Shown here: positions 1 to 16,973 of the stretch, piece after piece | How positions within the stretch are numbered: position 1 is the first letter of the stretch | Layout of the letters: each line of letters starts with the position of its first letter | Origin: the human T2T-CHM13v2.0 reference genome, Homo sapiens | Strand: one strand, 5' to 3' | NCBI RefSeq assembly: GCF_009914755.1 | Contig: NC_060936.1 | Length of the DNA: 64,000 nt | Position numbers and translations under genes: made by a program | The notes under the pieces: generated by a model | Databases searched by the model: none | What the model was told of the DNA's origin: nothing | Seen by the model: the letters and a program-made list of their open reading frames with translations, nothing else

Positions 1-96
1 CTTCCTGTGCTTTGAGATACTTTGTATTTGCTCCTCCAAATTCTCCTCCCTGCCACCACCACCCCAGACCCCAGCCCCGGCTTGGCTGTGTCCCTT

Positions 97-803
97 TGTT
101 AGAGTAGGTAGTTAGGCAGACATAAGCAGCGAAGGAGAGGGGCCTCTTAGCCCAGAAATGTCAGGCAACCATCAGGTGATGGTAGGGCTGTTGTTAAACT
201 GTCTCTCTAAAATAATAATTGGGGTCAGCTGGCACCAGGGAAAGCTACTCTAACAATAGACAGAAAACACCTGAAGCTGGTGATTAGCAACTTCCAGATA
301 AGATCTCAGGAGCTGGATGAGCAGGCTCAAGCATGTGCATTAATTAAGATGCAAAATGGTGGAGTTTAACTGGTATATGACCTTCCTCCAGGAACGCTCA
401 ACTTGTAAGGGAAAAATGCCTCAAGTGAACATGCGCACAACTTCCGTAAACACACTGTGCAGTGATCCTTCCCAAGCGCTGGCAGGCCACTGTGCGTGAG
501 GATAGCCCACCCCAAGGGAAGAATCAAGGGAGGAGAAACAGAAACCCAGGAACCACGCCAATGGAGAAAACCCCAAGTCAAGGATCAAATAGGGCACTTG
601 GATCTCTCAAGTTGCCCGCTCGGCCCTCTTCCAAGTGTACTTTGCTTCCTTTCTTTCCTTCCTGCTCTAAAACTTTTTAATAAACTTTTAATTCTGCTCT
701 AAAACTTGTTTCTCACTGCCTTATGCCCTTTGGGTGAATTCTTTCCTTCGAGGAGGGAAGGATCAAGTTTACTGCAGGCCTGTCGGATTCACTGCTGGTA
801 ACA
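97..803 (+). mobile_element. ERV1-class solo LTR (MER50-like)
   Basis: TGTTAG...GTAACA termini, 4-bp TSD CCTT (93-96 / 804-807), AATAAA near 679; subfamily from recalled 5' consensus. Confidence 0.8.
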
Positions 804-1087
804 CCTTTATTAAAGGTTGCAGGTCCTGTCCAGCAGGCCCCTCCACTTGGCTCTCTCCCCAGGTTCTGGTAACTGCCTCTTTTGGCCCAGGGGTAATAAT
901 GGTCCCCTGCAGTTAATCCCCAAGGATACTGTACTACTATCCCTTGTGGTTTCTTGTGGTTTTCTTATGCCCAGATCTTTATAAATCACTTCTTATTAAA
1001 ATCTTCTCCAGTTTTCCCAATTGCAGTGTATTATTAACTTCTGGGACCTGACTGATATCTACCCGCTTAGAAAAGCTATCGAAAGCA

Positions 1088-1420
<333 letters not shown>

Positions 1421-1766
1421 CTACGGGACCTCAATCAGTCAGATAACTGCTGACTAGGGCGGACACAAGCAGCTGACCACGCTGAACCAATCAGAATCAT
1501 AGAAACAGAGGGATTGAACCAGTGGAGAACCACAGAACTATAAGATCATGCACAGGTAGAGCCAGGGTTGGGGCCATGGCAGCCCAAAGGCACCAGCAAG
1601 CGGAAGCTACTGTAGGGCAGTTGAAAAAAATTGGTCTGTGGGGAAAAAGGAACACATGCAAAGTATCATTTATTCATGTTTTAAATGCATTAATATATTC
1701 AAAAATGTGTTCTAACAATATGCAATCAAATGTAAAATCATCTAATGTGGTCTTCCCAGTTATTAA

Positions 1767-2520
<754 letters not shown>

Positions 2521-2534
2521 GCCACACTCTATCT

Positions 2535-2818
2535 TTTTTTAAGAGACAAGATCTCACTTTGTTGCCCAGGCTGGGGTGCCATCATAGCTCACTGCAGCCT
2601 CGAACTCCTGGGCTCAAGCCATCCTCCTGCCATAGCCTTCCCAGTTGTTAGGACTACAGGTGCACATCACCATGTCCGGCTAATTTTTTAATTTTTCTTA
2701 GAGATGGGAATCTCACTATGTTGCCCAGGCTGGTCTAGAACTCCTGGCCTCAAGTGATTCTCCTCCCTTGGCATCCACAAATTACTAGGATTACAGGCGT
2801 GAACCACCATGCCTGGCC
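2535..2818 (-). mobile_element. Alu (AluJ-like)
   Basis: Diverged reverse Alu (CTCCTGGGCTCAAGC motif). Confidence 0.9.
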
Positions 2819-3642
2819 TTGAACTGTATCTTTAAAGCCCCTGAAATATTGTTCCTACCAAAGTAATATAAATGAGATTATGTCCTAAAATGAACTGTAT
2901 GAAATGCAAGAAAGCTACTCATTATGAAATCCTGTTAATATATGTGTGTTGGGGTGGATAAGGTAAAGAATGATTGACGCTACTTAATAAATTGTGGTTA
3001 TCCATTAGTACATTTTTAAATTAAATTACTAATGAAATACAACAAAGTAGAAAATATCAGCCTTCATCATGCTTCTAAGAGCAAATACTGATTTGTGAAA
3101 CTTATTTCAGTGATACATATACTGGGTCAAGTGTAAAATGTATTTCCACTGGGTCAAAAAAGTTTTTAAAATTCTAGTTAACTGTGGTTAAAATATGCAG
3201 TTCAGAAATTACTGTGATGTACTACAGTGTGGGAGTAACACAGGAAGAAAACACAGTAGAGTTATTATAAATAAAATCTTGCTAACATCTATGGGAATCA
3301 TATATTCTGAGCCTTAATATGTTCTTTCATAGATGGTTTTAAGTTGGAGGTGGTCATCGAGCTACCATTTCATCATCATCCTTCTCACTTTTCTCTTTTT
3401 ACAAACTGGAGAACGGTACTGTCATCATTTAGGTATCCCCCCAGTGCTTGGAACACCATATGCACTAGATAAATGTTTGATACATCTCTAGAAAATGGTC
3501 TTTTCACAAAGCCATTGTGTTTACATAGAATCAATGATATGAATAAGATATTTAAAATTTCCATATATGCACTGCTGTAATCAAACATCATATGATCACT
3601 GTAATATCCCATAAGCAGTGGTTTTATATAAAAAAATTTTGA

Positions 3643-3983
<341 letters not shown>

Positions 3984-4080
3984 CTATTATTGTTATTCTT
4001 TATATTATTTTTCATTGGCATTTTTATTTAGATGTAATAATGTTGATGCTAATACCGCGTCAGTAACAAACTTTACTAGC

Positions 4081-4540
4081 TGTAGTGAGTTGAACTGTGG
4101 CTCCCAAAAGTTATGTCCACCTGAAACCTCAGAATGTGATCTTATTTGAATACAAGTCTTTGTAGATGTAATTAAGATAAGGGTCTCAAGATGAGATCAT
4201 CCTGGATTGAGCTGGGACTTTAATCCAGTGAGAAATGTCCTTCCAAGAAAGAGAAAAGAAGACACAGAGACAAAAAGAGAAAGCCATGTGAAGACCAGGG
4301 CAGAGGCTGGAGTTATAAAGTCCCAAACCACAGAATGCCAAGGATTGCCGGGAGCCACCAGAATCCAGGAGAGAGGCATGGGATGGATTCTCCCTCAGAA
4401 CCTTCAGCGGGAACGTGGCCCTGGCAAGACCTTGATTTTGAATTTGTGGCCTTCAGAACTTAGAGAGAATAAATTTCTGTTGTGTTAAGCCACCAACTTT
4501 GAGGTAATTTGTTAACAGCAGCTCTAGGAAACTAATATAC
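4081..4540 (+). mobile_element. MaLR LTR (MLT1B/C-like)
   Basis: TGTAGTGAGTTGAA start, AGAATGTGATCTTATTTG motif, 3' end GCTCTAGGAAACTAATA. Confidence 0.8.
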
Positions 4541-4735
4541 CAGCTGAATAATATACTGATAGTTTAAAGGTCACACCAATTATAGATTTGGTTTTCCTGG
4601 CCCTTGCCTGACCTATGTCTTTCACTTAGAGAATGTTGGTAAGAGTTTATTCTGAAGCAGTAGTATTGGATTCCCACAGACAAACATACGAGGTCACATG
4701 GCAGCTGCTTTACACAGGACTGTCAACTGGGCCAT

Positions 4736-5323
<588 letters not shown>

Positions 5324-5720
5324 ACTATTGCTTGGATTTTCTTTTACTCCTCAAAAGCCAAATATGTCCATGGTTGAAACCAAAGAAACTGGATTTTCAT
5401 TCCAACTGAACGACCACAGTAGCAGAGCGATCAGGAACATGGGATGGGGTCAGGTAGTTCTGGATTGGAATCCCGGCTCCAACCCTTAACTGAGGGAGTG
5501 AACTTGGACAAATACCTGAAACTCTGGGCCTCTCTTTGCTCATTTGTAAAACAAGAATTGTTAAACTCCCTCAAATGCTGTCAGACAATTTAATAAGGAA
5601 AACACCATCTTGACAAAGTCTTAGTGGTACCTCAGAAAAAAGAAGTCAGGGATGGATATTTATACAGTTTTGAGATCTTGGTTCAAGTAACCTCAAGAGT
5701 CTTTAAAGAAGGGAACTGAA

Positions 5721-6196
<476 letters not shown>

Positions 6197-6236
6197 TTAG
6201 CCCAAGGTGGACGAAGGGAGGATCTTAAAGCAAGTG

Positions 6237-6282
6237 TTGATGAGTAAACTATGGCTTGATGAGTAAACTATGGCTTGATGAG
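6237..6282. repeat. 19-bp tandem duplication (TTGATGAGTAAACTATGGC x2.4)
   Basis: Direct reading; copies are perfect. Confidence 0.95.
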
Positions 6283-7429
6283 AGTGAGCAATTTGCCCAA
6301 GGGAGCAGATTGTTATCTCAGATAAGCTGATCAGCAGGAATTTCCTAATGCAAACAGAGAAGTTATTTGTTGGCTTACAGTCTTATCTATTCTATGAAAA
6401 GTTTTCAGAACAAGTAACTTAAGTTATATTGACACAGGTGGTCTGAGTTCTAAGTCCAAATAGCAATGTCATGTTGATGGCAGTTGTCACAGTTCTCAAG
6501 AGAATGATATCTACTTTCTGTGGCTGTTGTCAGGAGTAAATGACATCATGGTTCTATAGTATCTGCCACACAGCAGGGACTAAATAAGATATTATTATTA
6601 TCCATTTTAATTTATTTTGAAAGACCAAACAGATGTAATAGGAAATTTTTATATCTCTCAAATTTTTATTGCTTTTCATAAATAATAAGCAAAGTAAATG
6701 GCTTGCGGCTTTCCTGGAGTTTAGGAACTACTAAGTTACTAAGGTTATAGTAGAATTTGCACTTACTGAAAGAAAAAAAAAGGGGACAAAAGGAAAAAAA
6801 ACATTGAGAGCTCTTTTTCTTTGCCATGATGCTAGTTGTCGGCATATTTGCATTCCCCAAGGACTTGGGAGTAATTAGCTCTGCATAAGCTGCACATCTT
6901 CAGGAAGAAAACAACTTTTATAAATGCAGAGAGGTTTCATGAAATGGTGTGTCATATGGAAATGCAATAATTTCTGGAGACTAGGAGTCTTTATTCATTC
7001 CCTCTGCATATTCTCAATTGAATTAGTAAAATTTTCTTATAAGAGAATGCTACATCTCTTCAGTCTCTGAACATACAAAGCCCAGAGGAACTTCTTGAGT
7101 GTTTGTATATTTGAGTGTTTGACTTCAGAATCTCTAGACGGTGGTTGAGTCTTATCCTCAGGAACAGAAAGCAACATGGTCAGATGCCTGTTTGACTCCA
7201 AGGGCAGTGCTCATTCAATGCCCCCACCCCAGCTTTCTCCACTGAACCTCGCAGCAGCATTCTAAAGACTGCAGGAGGGACTGCCCTGGTTTTGCCCCCT
7301 TCACTCCAGGGAGTCTGAACCTGCTTCACTCAACTTTCCCATCTCTAAAAGAGAGACAAAAAGTGCAGCACTCTTAATGTTTTGATGCGTCATTAAAACA
7401 AATAAAATAATCCAAACGATGTAGAAGAA

Positions 7430-7915
7430 AATTGTTTTACTGACAAATAATAATTATACATATTTATGGGGTACAATGTAACATTTTGATACACCAAGGG
7501 ATGATTAAATCAAGCTAATTAACATATCCAGCACCTCACCTACTTACCTTTTTTTTCCTAGTGAGAATATTTAAAATCTACTCTTAGCAATTTTGAAATA
7601 TGTAGTAAGTTATTATTAACTATGGTCACCATGCTGCGCACTAACATTTATTCCTCCTGTCTAACTCAAACTTTGTACCCTTTGACCAACATCTCCTCTT
7701 TCCCTGTCCCACCCCGTACCCCCATCCTTGAGTAATCATCATTCTATTCTCTACTTCTGTAAGTTCCACTTTTTTAGATTCCACAGGTAAGTGAAATCAT
7801 GGAGTATTTGTCTTTCTGTGCTTGGTTTATTTCACTAAACATAATGTCCTCCAGGCTTATCTATGATGTTGCAAATGACAGAATTTCTTTCTTTTTAAAG
7901 GGTGTCTAGTATTGT
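7430..7915 (-). mobile_element. L1 3' fragment (L1MA-like)
   Basis: Typical antisense L1 3' text (ATCAAGCTAATTAACATATCC; GTATTTGTCTTTCTGTGCTTGG). Confidence 0.8.
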
Positions 7916-8646
7916 GTAGCCAATTCTTCATAATCCCAAGATATCATTACTATGTGATAATAAAGGCAAGCGTATGAAGTAAAAGAAACTGTAGTAGGTC
8001 AAACTAATAAGAAAAATGCTGATCTGAATGTCTATACAATGCATAGATTGTGTTTTTAAAAATGCAACAGTATATAATTTCCGGACCTGCTATAGTCTTG
8101 GGAACTAAGCAGTATAAAACTTGGCTAGTGACTAGATAAAATGATGATGTATAACAGACATTAGTTACTTATATGCTTAATTAATCTGAACATTTACCCT
8201 ACACTCTTATTGGCGTTATTAATTTGTTCAATTTGTTAAAAGAGTTTCCTAAGAAAATGTGGCTTTATTTCAGTACCTATTTTGAATCCCAAATATTTTT
8301 TATATTCTGGCTTGATAACTGAGTGACTAAGAGGTTTCAGGGCCTTGCTACTTGGGTTTGTATACAGGCCTACCATTTTCTGGCTATGTTTTCTTAGATT
8401 ACTTCACCTCTCTGTAACTTAGTTTCCTCAATGATAAAATAAAAATAATAATCATGGTCACCTCATAGGGTAGTTAGGAGGATTGAATGTGTTAGTTCTT
8501 ATAAAGTGATTAAAGAACCAAATGCATAGTATGTTAGTTCTTGTTTATTTTTCTTGAAGTTAACTGTAGGAATTTTACCACTTACAATTTACAGTGGCAT
8601 TGCTCTATGGGAATAATACTATGTGGGAGGATTCTACCGTGGTTTT

Positions 8647-9033
8647 TGATATAGTTTGGATGCTGTCCTCCTCCAAATCTCATGTGGAAATGTAATCTCC
8701 AGTGTTGAAGGTGGGGCCTCGTGGGAGGTGATTGGATCATGGGGAGTCTTTCCCCCTTGGTACTGTCCTCACCACAGTGAGTGAGGTCCTGTGAGATCTC
8801 ATTGTTTAAAAGTGTGTGGCACTCCCCCAACTCCTGCTCCTGCTTCCGCCATGTGAAATGCCTCACTCCCCCTTTGCCTTCCACCATGATTGGAAGATTC
8901 CTGAGGCCTCCCCAGAAGCAAAAGCTGCTATGCTTCATGTACAACCTGCAGAGCCATGAGCCAATTAAACCTCTTTTCTTTATAAATTACCCAGTCTTAG
9001 GTATTTTTTTATAGCAGTGAATGGATTAACACA
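8647..9033 (+). mobile_element. MaLR LTR (MSTA/MSTB-like)
   Basis: TGATATAGTTTGG start, CCAATTAAACCTCTTTTCTTTATAAATTACCCAGTC motif, ...TAACACA end. Confidence 0.88.
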
Positions 9034-9677
9034 TTTTATTTCAAATTTATATCCTGTATAGCCTTGCATTATGAAAAGAGCACAGAACAGGAAGTTAGGA
9101 CATCTTGCTTTGAGGTCTAGAACAGCCATCAACTATATGATCTTGGGTGAGTCACTTCACCTCTCTGAACCTGTTTCCTCAAGAAAAATAAGCAGAGTAG
9201 GCTGCCTGCGTGATCTCAAGACAACACACTGTGCTAGAATGAGTCTTACAGCAAGAGTTCAAAGTTCAAATTCTAATTCTAGAACTCGTTGAGTGTAAAA
9301 TTCACAGCAAGTCATAGAACCTCTTGGAACCCCAGTTTCCACATCTGGAAGAAGGGGCAGAATAGTATCAAAAATGCTTCACTCCCAGGAATGTGGTGAG
9401 CATAAAATTAAATAATGAAAAAGTCAACTATAAAGCACTAAATAAATATAAGGTAAAACTATTAATAAAATCTCATTTAGTTTAATATTTCTGCTAAATC
9501 TTTTTATTTTCCTATAATCTTTTCCAAGTATTTGTTCTTCTGCAGGTAGAATTCTGTGGGTTGAAACCAGACTATAAAAATCTGTGTGTGTTTTTTTTTT
9601 TTTGTCACTCAGACTATCTGCTATGAAGAATGTTTTCCCTTAGTTAAGGTAACAGCTATAAATGTTCAGTTTGCCCC

Positions 9678-9713
9678 TGAGTCATTATCTGAGTCATGAT
9701 TCTGTATGAGTCA
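9678..9713. promoter_or_regulatory. Cluster of three perfect AP-1 sites (TGAGTCA)
   Basis: TGAGTCA at 9678-9684, 9690-9696 and 9707-9713; function inferred only. Confidence 0.5.
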
Positions 9714-9901
9714 AGAAATCTAAGAAATATAGAAATTATCTATTTATCCCCTTTCTTTTCTTTGTATAAATATCTCTAGATATAACCAATAAATAACTTG
9801 CCTCTATCTTGGGTTTCTTAATATTTTAAAGAGACTGTTGTAGAGGAATAGGGTAATGGGAGATTATCTTCATCAAGAAAGAGCCTGTGCATATAACCTG
9901 T

Positions 9902-9940
9902 ACACACACACACACACACACACTCACACACACACACACA
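9902..9940. repeat. (CA)n microsatellite
   Basis: Direct reading; one interruption. Confidence 0.95.
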
Positions 9941-12811
9941 AAATCAACAAAACCCTATGCTCCAGCCAGAAAAACACCTTCTTGCCACTAGGCCCCTATT
10001 AGTGCTGGTCCCTCCACCTGGAATTCCTGTTCCTCTGATTTCTAACTGTTCAATTATACCTAGAATTCAGGGTTTTGTTATAATCTCAAACTTTCAGTGA
10101 GATGGATTGAGTGGTTCTTTGCCCAGTGAAAAATCTTTAAGGCCAATATTCCTTTTTTTGCAGATGGTGAATCTGACAGAGGAAGAATTAAATGACTTGT
10201 TCAAGGTCACCTTTGAGGAATTTGCAGGAAGTTTAACTTATGTATATTTTTCCCCTGTAGTACCCCAGGTATATCTTTTCAAATCATCCTCGTCTGAACC
10301 AATTTATGCTCCCCTTACCCATCAGGTTCTCCTGTAACACATATATAATACCACATGTTGCCTTGCACTATAGTTGCTTGTGAATAGATACCTCCCTTCC
10401 CAGAGAGTAGGTCCCACAGAAGAGTAACTATCTTATTCTCCAAATCCTTTAGAGCTTTTAGCACTGAGTACATACCCAGGTATCACAAATTTTGTATTTG
10501 TTGAATTGGAGTGGAACATCTCAAGGATATTTTTCTATTGCCTTTCTATGAATAAGCTCAGTTTTGCATGAGTCCACTTTGATTCTCACCTAAATAAGAT
10601 CATGTAGAAACACCAAAAGCACCAGTGTAGATGCAAGAGATGGTGAAGACCTGAGGCCTTCACTGCTGCCTCCTGCCAGCCCTGCAGTTCTCAAAGAACA
10701 AGGGTCGTTGGGCAATCCTTCCAGACAGCTTCTGGGAGTGACCCATCCTTGACACATTGAGTTAGCTGTGCTCTGAAGGCCCAAAGCGATTCGAAGCATG
10801 ATTTTAATGACTGTCATTACTTCTGCCATTACTACCACCCAATAAAAACCATCATCAGCTTGATGTGATTATCCCTCGGTTGTGCAGTGCCTCTGGACTC
10901 CAGCAAGCAACAGAGCATATGGTCTTTGCCAATAGCATTATTCATCAATGGAGGATAAAATTCACAGTAGCACCCAGCTTGTCACAGTGGGGAATGGCTT
11001 TGGGCAAGTCACAGCTTCAGCTCAGCTTAGCTCTTTCCAAGATGTGGGCTCTTATTCACAATGCCCTTCATAAAAGTGAAAATGAAACACATGCTGAATG
11101 GGATTTTTAGAACAATAAGAACCCTATAATTAGGAAGCAATAGCTAAAATTATATTATCCCTGAGAGCAAAGCATAGTAACAAGTTAATGCAATTACTAA
11201 TCCAGCTTTTTCCGAGGTAGAAGCAAACCATGCAATTATATCCTTAGTCTATATTTTTTCAGGGGCCTAATGACAGGAAAACAAATGAAGTGGATCCCCA
11301 TCTTCCACCCTTGCCTCCGCTAAGCCATCAGAGGACAAGTTTCCCACCCCACTCTCTCCAATTTCACTTGAAAAATAAAACAGGCCTCCAGCTGTGAAAT
11401 GGATTATGCTCTACAACTATGTACCTGGAATAGAAGCCATCATTCTTCATGAAGTTTGCTGAGAATTATGTATCGCAGCCTGGCAGCTTCCTATTCCCTC
11501 GTTAGCCTGCATATCCCACTTAACGAAAGATTCGCCATGCACTGACTTGTATGTGACTCACAGTGTGCACAGTATGCACTGACTGTGACCTGTCCCCAAA
11601 TGAACACAGTACCAGTCTAACGTACCACCTTACCTATGGCTCTCTCCCATACACACCCAATCCACTGCAGGCAAATGATCTACCCACAATCTCCCAAACA
11701 CAGTCTTCACTGTCTGGTCACTGCTCCTTTACACGTGGCATTCACTCTGCTTGCAGAGGCATTTTAGAGTGGATATCTAAAGAAGGAGATTTCTCCCAAG
11801 CATGCACATAGGAGGGCACTGGTCTGATGCTCTGATTGACAGTTCACTACTGCAAAGAGGACAGATGAGAAAGCAGCTCAGCTCTTTGATGCTAAGGAAA
11901 AAACACAGAACCTCACTTATCTATATGTAATCACAAACTTTAGTATCCATCAGTACCAAGCCAAAATAGTTCCTGTTTGGACATACATTATTAGAAATTA
12001 ACAACAAAATTTAGTAAATGGTTGGCCAGTTCTGAACGCAGAATAGCCACCTCTGAGTGAGCATTTTGATCAATCTAACTCACACATTTCTGGTTCAACA
12101 AAGTTATTAGATGAGAAGACCCAAAACGGTGTGTAAATGGGACACAGATTTATAAACAGTTAATTTATAATCATATATGGCAAATTAACCTGTATGTCAC
12201 TAATGTGCCACCAATCATAAGACATGCCATCATTTAATCTGTCATGAAGAAGTGAAAAACTCAATTAAACGGTGACATCATGCTTCCTGATTAGAAATGT
12301 TCATTTTTTTGTTATGCTAAATTTACATAAATACATATTTATTTAAACAACACGGGGCCACAATATGAACATCTATGCCCAAGTTTCTGCATGCCCAGCA
12401 ATGACTGCCACCCTGACAATGGTGACTGATATCATCAAGTGTAACATGCATCCTGATTCAAGTTGTTCAACTGTGACACAACGGGTACCTTAGCACTGAT
12501 GAAATATGGTACCCGCCTGCGTCACATGAGCTTCTCATGATCCAGCAGCCTCTCCTCACCTGACACTGGCTCTAGTCCCCAGTAATGACTCTGATCCTGT
12601 TTGTCCTAGGAGTCTTCTCTTCCTTTGTTTCCCACTTCCCTCACTGGGCTACTCAGTAACCAGTTAGCTGTTAAGGCGCAAGCCTTTTTTTATTTTAATT
12701 TTTATTTTTTCCAAAACTCCTCAACAATTGCAATTGCCACTTTGTTTCTACTATTATTGCCCTTGACTTATTTCTTTATTTATTTAAGTTTCTTTTGTTT
12801 TTAAACAAGAA

Positions 12812-13494
<683 letters not shown>

Positions 13495-14339
13495 TTATCA
13501 TTTTAATATCTTTATAATTTTAGTACCATGTACATAACATGAAGTTTACCATTTAATCATTTTTATTACAACAAAATATTTTTTAATTTTTCTGCTATTG
13601 TTGTCATATACTTTACTTCTGTGCATGTTATAAACACCATGATACATTGCTATAATTTTTCCCCAAGAGGCTTTCAGAGGTCTGCAATGAGTTAGGGTTG
13701 AAAAAACAGTGATCCAATGTGCTAGTTCAAAGACTGCCTCTCCTTGGCTTCCAGGAAGCCTTCTAAACCTACCTTTTCTATTAGCCTACCTTTTTTTTTT
13801 CTTTCCAATCTTTTAAAATTCTATTACAGATGTACAGCAAGATCAAAGGGAACACCTTGTCCCTGGGGCTTTAGCTACTGGCTGGAAGAGAAGCATAGAA
13901 ATGTCTTTAACTCTTTCCAGTGGATATCACTAAGGTTATCCAATCATCCCATGACCACTCGGCCAGAGGGGGTGAGATCACCCCACCACATCCTTTACAT
14001 GCACACACAGACACAAACACACACACACACACAAACACACACACACCTTTCAGGCTTACTGTTGCCTTTTTATTTACTTTGCTTCACCTTGGAAGAGACT
14101 GTTAATGCTCATGCTAACCTGATTTCACCTGTATAAAAATGTCCAGGGACATGTGGGCATTCTGTGATTTGTCCTGGTTCTAAATATCCCTGAGGGTGGT
14201 CCTGACCCACATAAAAACAAGTCTGCTTCAGAGCCAGCTTCAAAGCCTACCTCTCTGATCCCCAAACCTCAGGTGATCGCACTGTCCTCTGGCCAGTGAT
14301 GGTTCTTAGAGTCTGTACTTCCTATTTGATATTTATACA

Positions 14340-14768
14340 CAATGGCGTGCTGGTAAATGTTTAGCACCTGGCTCTGGGGGTGGAGAGGTAGGAGTCTGGG
14401 TTCGGCGGGTTTATAGATTCAATTTCTGTGGTGTAAACACTCCCACCATGGCTATTTCAAGCCACCAGTATGATGTCACTGACCACAGTCAGGAAGAGAC
14501 GCAGAGTGGCATATTGTTATGTAGTATTTCTACCACACAGATATAATACACATAAATAACTTCAAGATCAGAGATAATACTGAAACGTAATAAAACAATT
14601 AGTAATGAGTTTTGACTATTTATTATCTTTGTTATTAGTATACTTTATTTAATTATAACTTTATATAATTTAATTTCTAATAATGGCTGTGTTTAATAAC
14701 CAGCTCACAAAACTGGAAAACTTAGCAATTGGCTTTTGCAAGCCAGTAGGAGCAGCTCCAGCCCACAA
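14340..14768 (-). mobile_element. hAT-type DNA transposon fossil (MER63-like)
   Basis: CAATGGCGTGCTGG at the left end and CTCCAGCCCACA at the right end resemble recalled MER63 termini. Confidence 0.6.
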
Positions 14769-14903
14769 AAGTAATAAAGTATATGCTATCTTGTATTATT
14801 ATTTTAAATCTTTTATGTCCCCAACTAAATTATATACTTCAGATTATGAAGTTATTTGTCTTAAATACTTCTTTTTATTTACCATGCTGCTAAACACAAA
14901 TAG

Positions 14904-15217
<314 letters not shown>

Positions 15218-15389
15218 GGTAATTAACTTCTAACATTAATAACGTTTACTCATTGTAAATGTTTTTGAGAGGCCACTAAAATTCACCAATAACAAAATTT
15301 AGACTGGGCCCCAAATCTGACCCTTCCTGAATCATATCTTTAACCTAGAAAGTTTATGCACTAAAAAAATTTATCAAAAAAGATATATT

Positions 15390-15535
15390 GGCTGAGTGAG
15401 GTGGCTCACCCCTCTAATCCCAGCACTTTGGGAGGCCGAGGCTAGTGGATTGCTTGAGCCTAGGAGTTTGTGACCAGCCTAGGCAACATGGCAAAACCCT
15501 GTCTCTACTAAAAATAAATGAAAAAAAAAAAAAAA
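15390..15535 (+). mobile_element. Alu left monomer (FLAM-like)
   Basis: Single arm with A tail; TSD AAAAAAGAT(A/G)TATT. Confidence 0.85.
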
Positions 15536-16077
15536 AGATGTATTACTGACAGTGTAATTGAATCATTTCTGCTACCAGCTATAAGATTGCCTACCATTAA
15601 GAGCAGCGGTGACCAGCTTTGTTATCAATGCTGTTAGGAACATTGATTAACTTTCAACCCCAACAAGCAAGCAAGCCAACTCCTATGACTGCTGAAGTGA
15701 GAGCTCTAAAAGAGAGAGTATTCTTGGAGGAGGGAGCCCCGTGGTGGGTAAACAAACTGAGAAACTTAGCTAACCAAACTTGCAAGAATGATCAGTCTCT
15801 TTATAATTTACGGTTACCAAGAATTGGCATGTAACCCAAAATGTCAACTTATTATCAAGGAGATACTATCATTATCCTACTGATGGAATATCTTCCCAGT
15901 AACAATGATATTGGTATTCATTAACCAGGATTCTTCCTTCCCAGAAACAAGGAATCAGATTAGCAATGAGAAGGATATTTGTTGTGTATCAACATGGAGA
16001 ATTTAAAGGTCTTGAAGCATATATCCTCTAGATATGAAAAATCCAAACGAACTATCTCTCTTCCACAGTGGAGTGTA

Positions 16078-16157
16078 TCTATTTGGTGCAAAAATAATTG
16101 CAGTTTTTGCCATTAAAAGCAATGGCAAAAACAGCAATTACTTTTGCACCAGCCTAG
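16078..16157. mobile_element. MADE1 (Hsmar1-derived MITE), complete 80 bp
   Basis: Palindromic TGGTGCAAAAATAATTGCAGTTTTTGCCATT...AATGGCAAAAACAGCAATTACTTTTGCACCA, flanked by TA at 16076-77 and 16158-59. Confidence 0.95.
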
Positions 16158-16850
16158 TATCTAATCCCCAGACTATTAATATCTACCAAAGTGTGTCTGT
16201 CATCTATGAAAATTACTGGTAAAGTCTGTGAAAATTTTCACTGAAGGTCAGCAAAGGCACTATTATCTCATGCTGGAGAAGTTACAAGTGAATACTAGTA
16301 CTAGTAACTAGTATTCATTAATACTAGTTAGCTTTGTACACTACAGTTCCATGGCAGAGACAGCTTACTGAAAATATGCCCCAGTTCAGGGTTGGCAAAT
16401 ACATAGCACATGTGCTGTCCCCATCCCTTCCCATACTCTTGGCAGACATCACTAATTGATCACTACACTCTTCCTTCATTGAGTCTTACAGTTCTTCCCA
16501 ACACAGCTCTATATGCAGCACTACCAATCCTGGCCCTGAGCTCCAGAAGAAGAATTAGGAAGCAAGGCATGTGCAGGTTTCTCACAGGGAGGTTAAGGAC
16601 TACATGGAACTAAGTGCATTATTTCAAGTTCATTTTGATAGCTTGCTGTTAGAAGGTTAATGTTGTTGCCTGCTGCTCCTTACTGTAAACCCCTAGGTCC
16701 TGACTACCGAGGGGATATCAAGGGCTCTATGTTGGCTTTGGTTTTTCTCCTCTCCAGTGTTACAATATGGAGATGCCTACGTCTTACTTACACAGAACGA
16801 ATTGTTCACCATCATTTTGTCAGTGAATGTATGTTTTAGAAGTCAGTTAC

Positions 16851-16973
16851 TATGGGTGCAGCACACCAGCATGGCACATGTATACATATGTAACTAACCT
16901 GCACATTGTGCACATGTACCCTAAAACTTAAAGTATAATAATAATAATTAAAAAAATAAAAAATAAAATAAAA
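16851..16973 (+). mobile_element. Extremely 5'-truncated young L1 (L1PA2/3-like 3' end)
   Basis: About 90 bp of L1 3'UTR plus tail; perfect 13-bp TSD AGAAGTCAGTTAC at 16838-16850 / 16974-16986. Confidence 0.93.
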
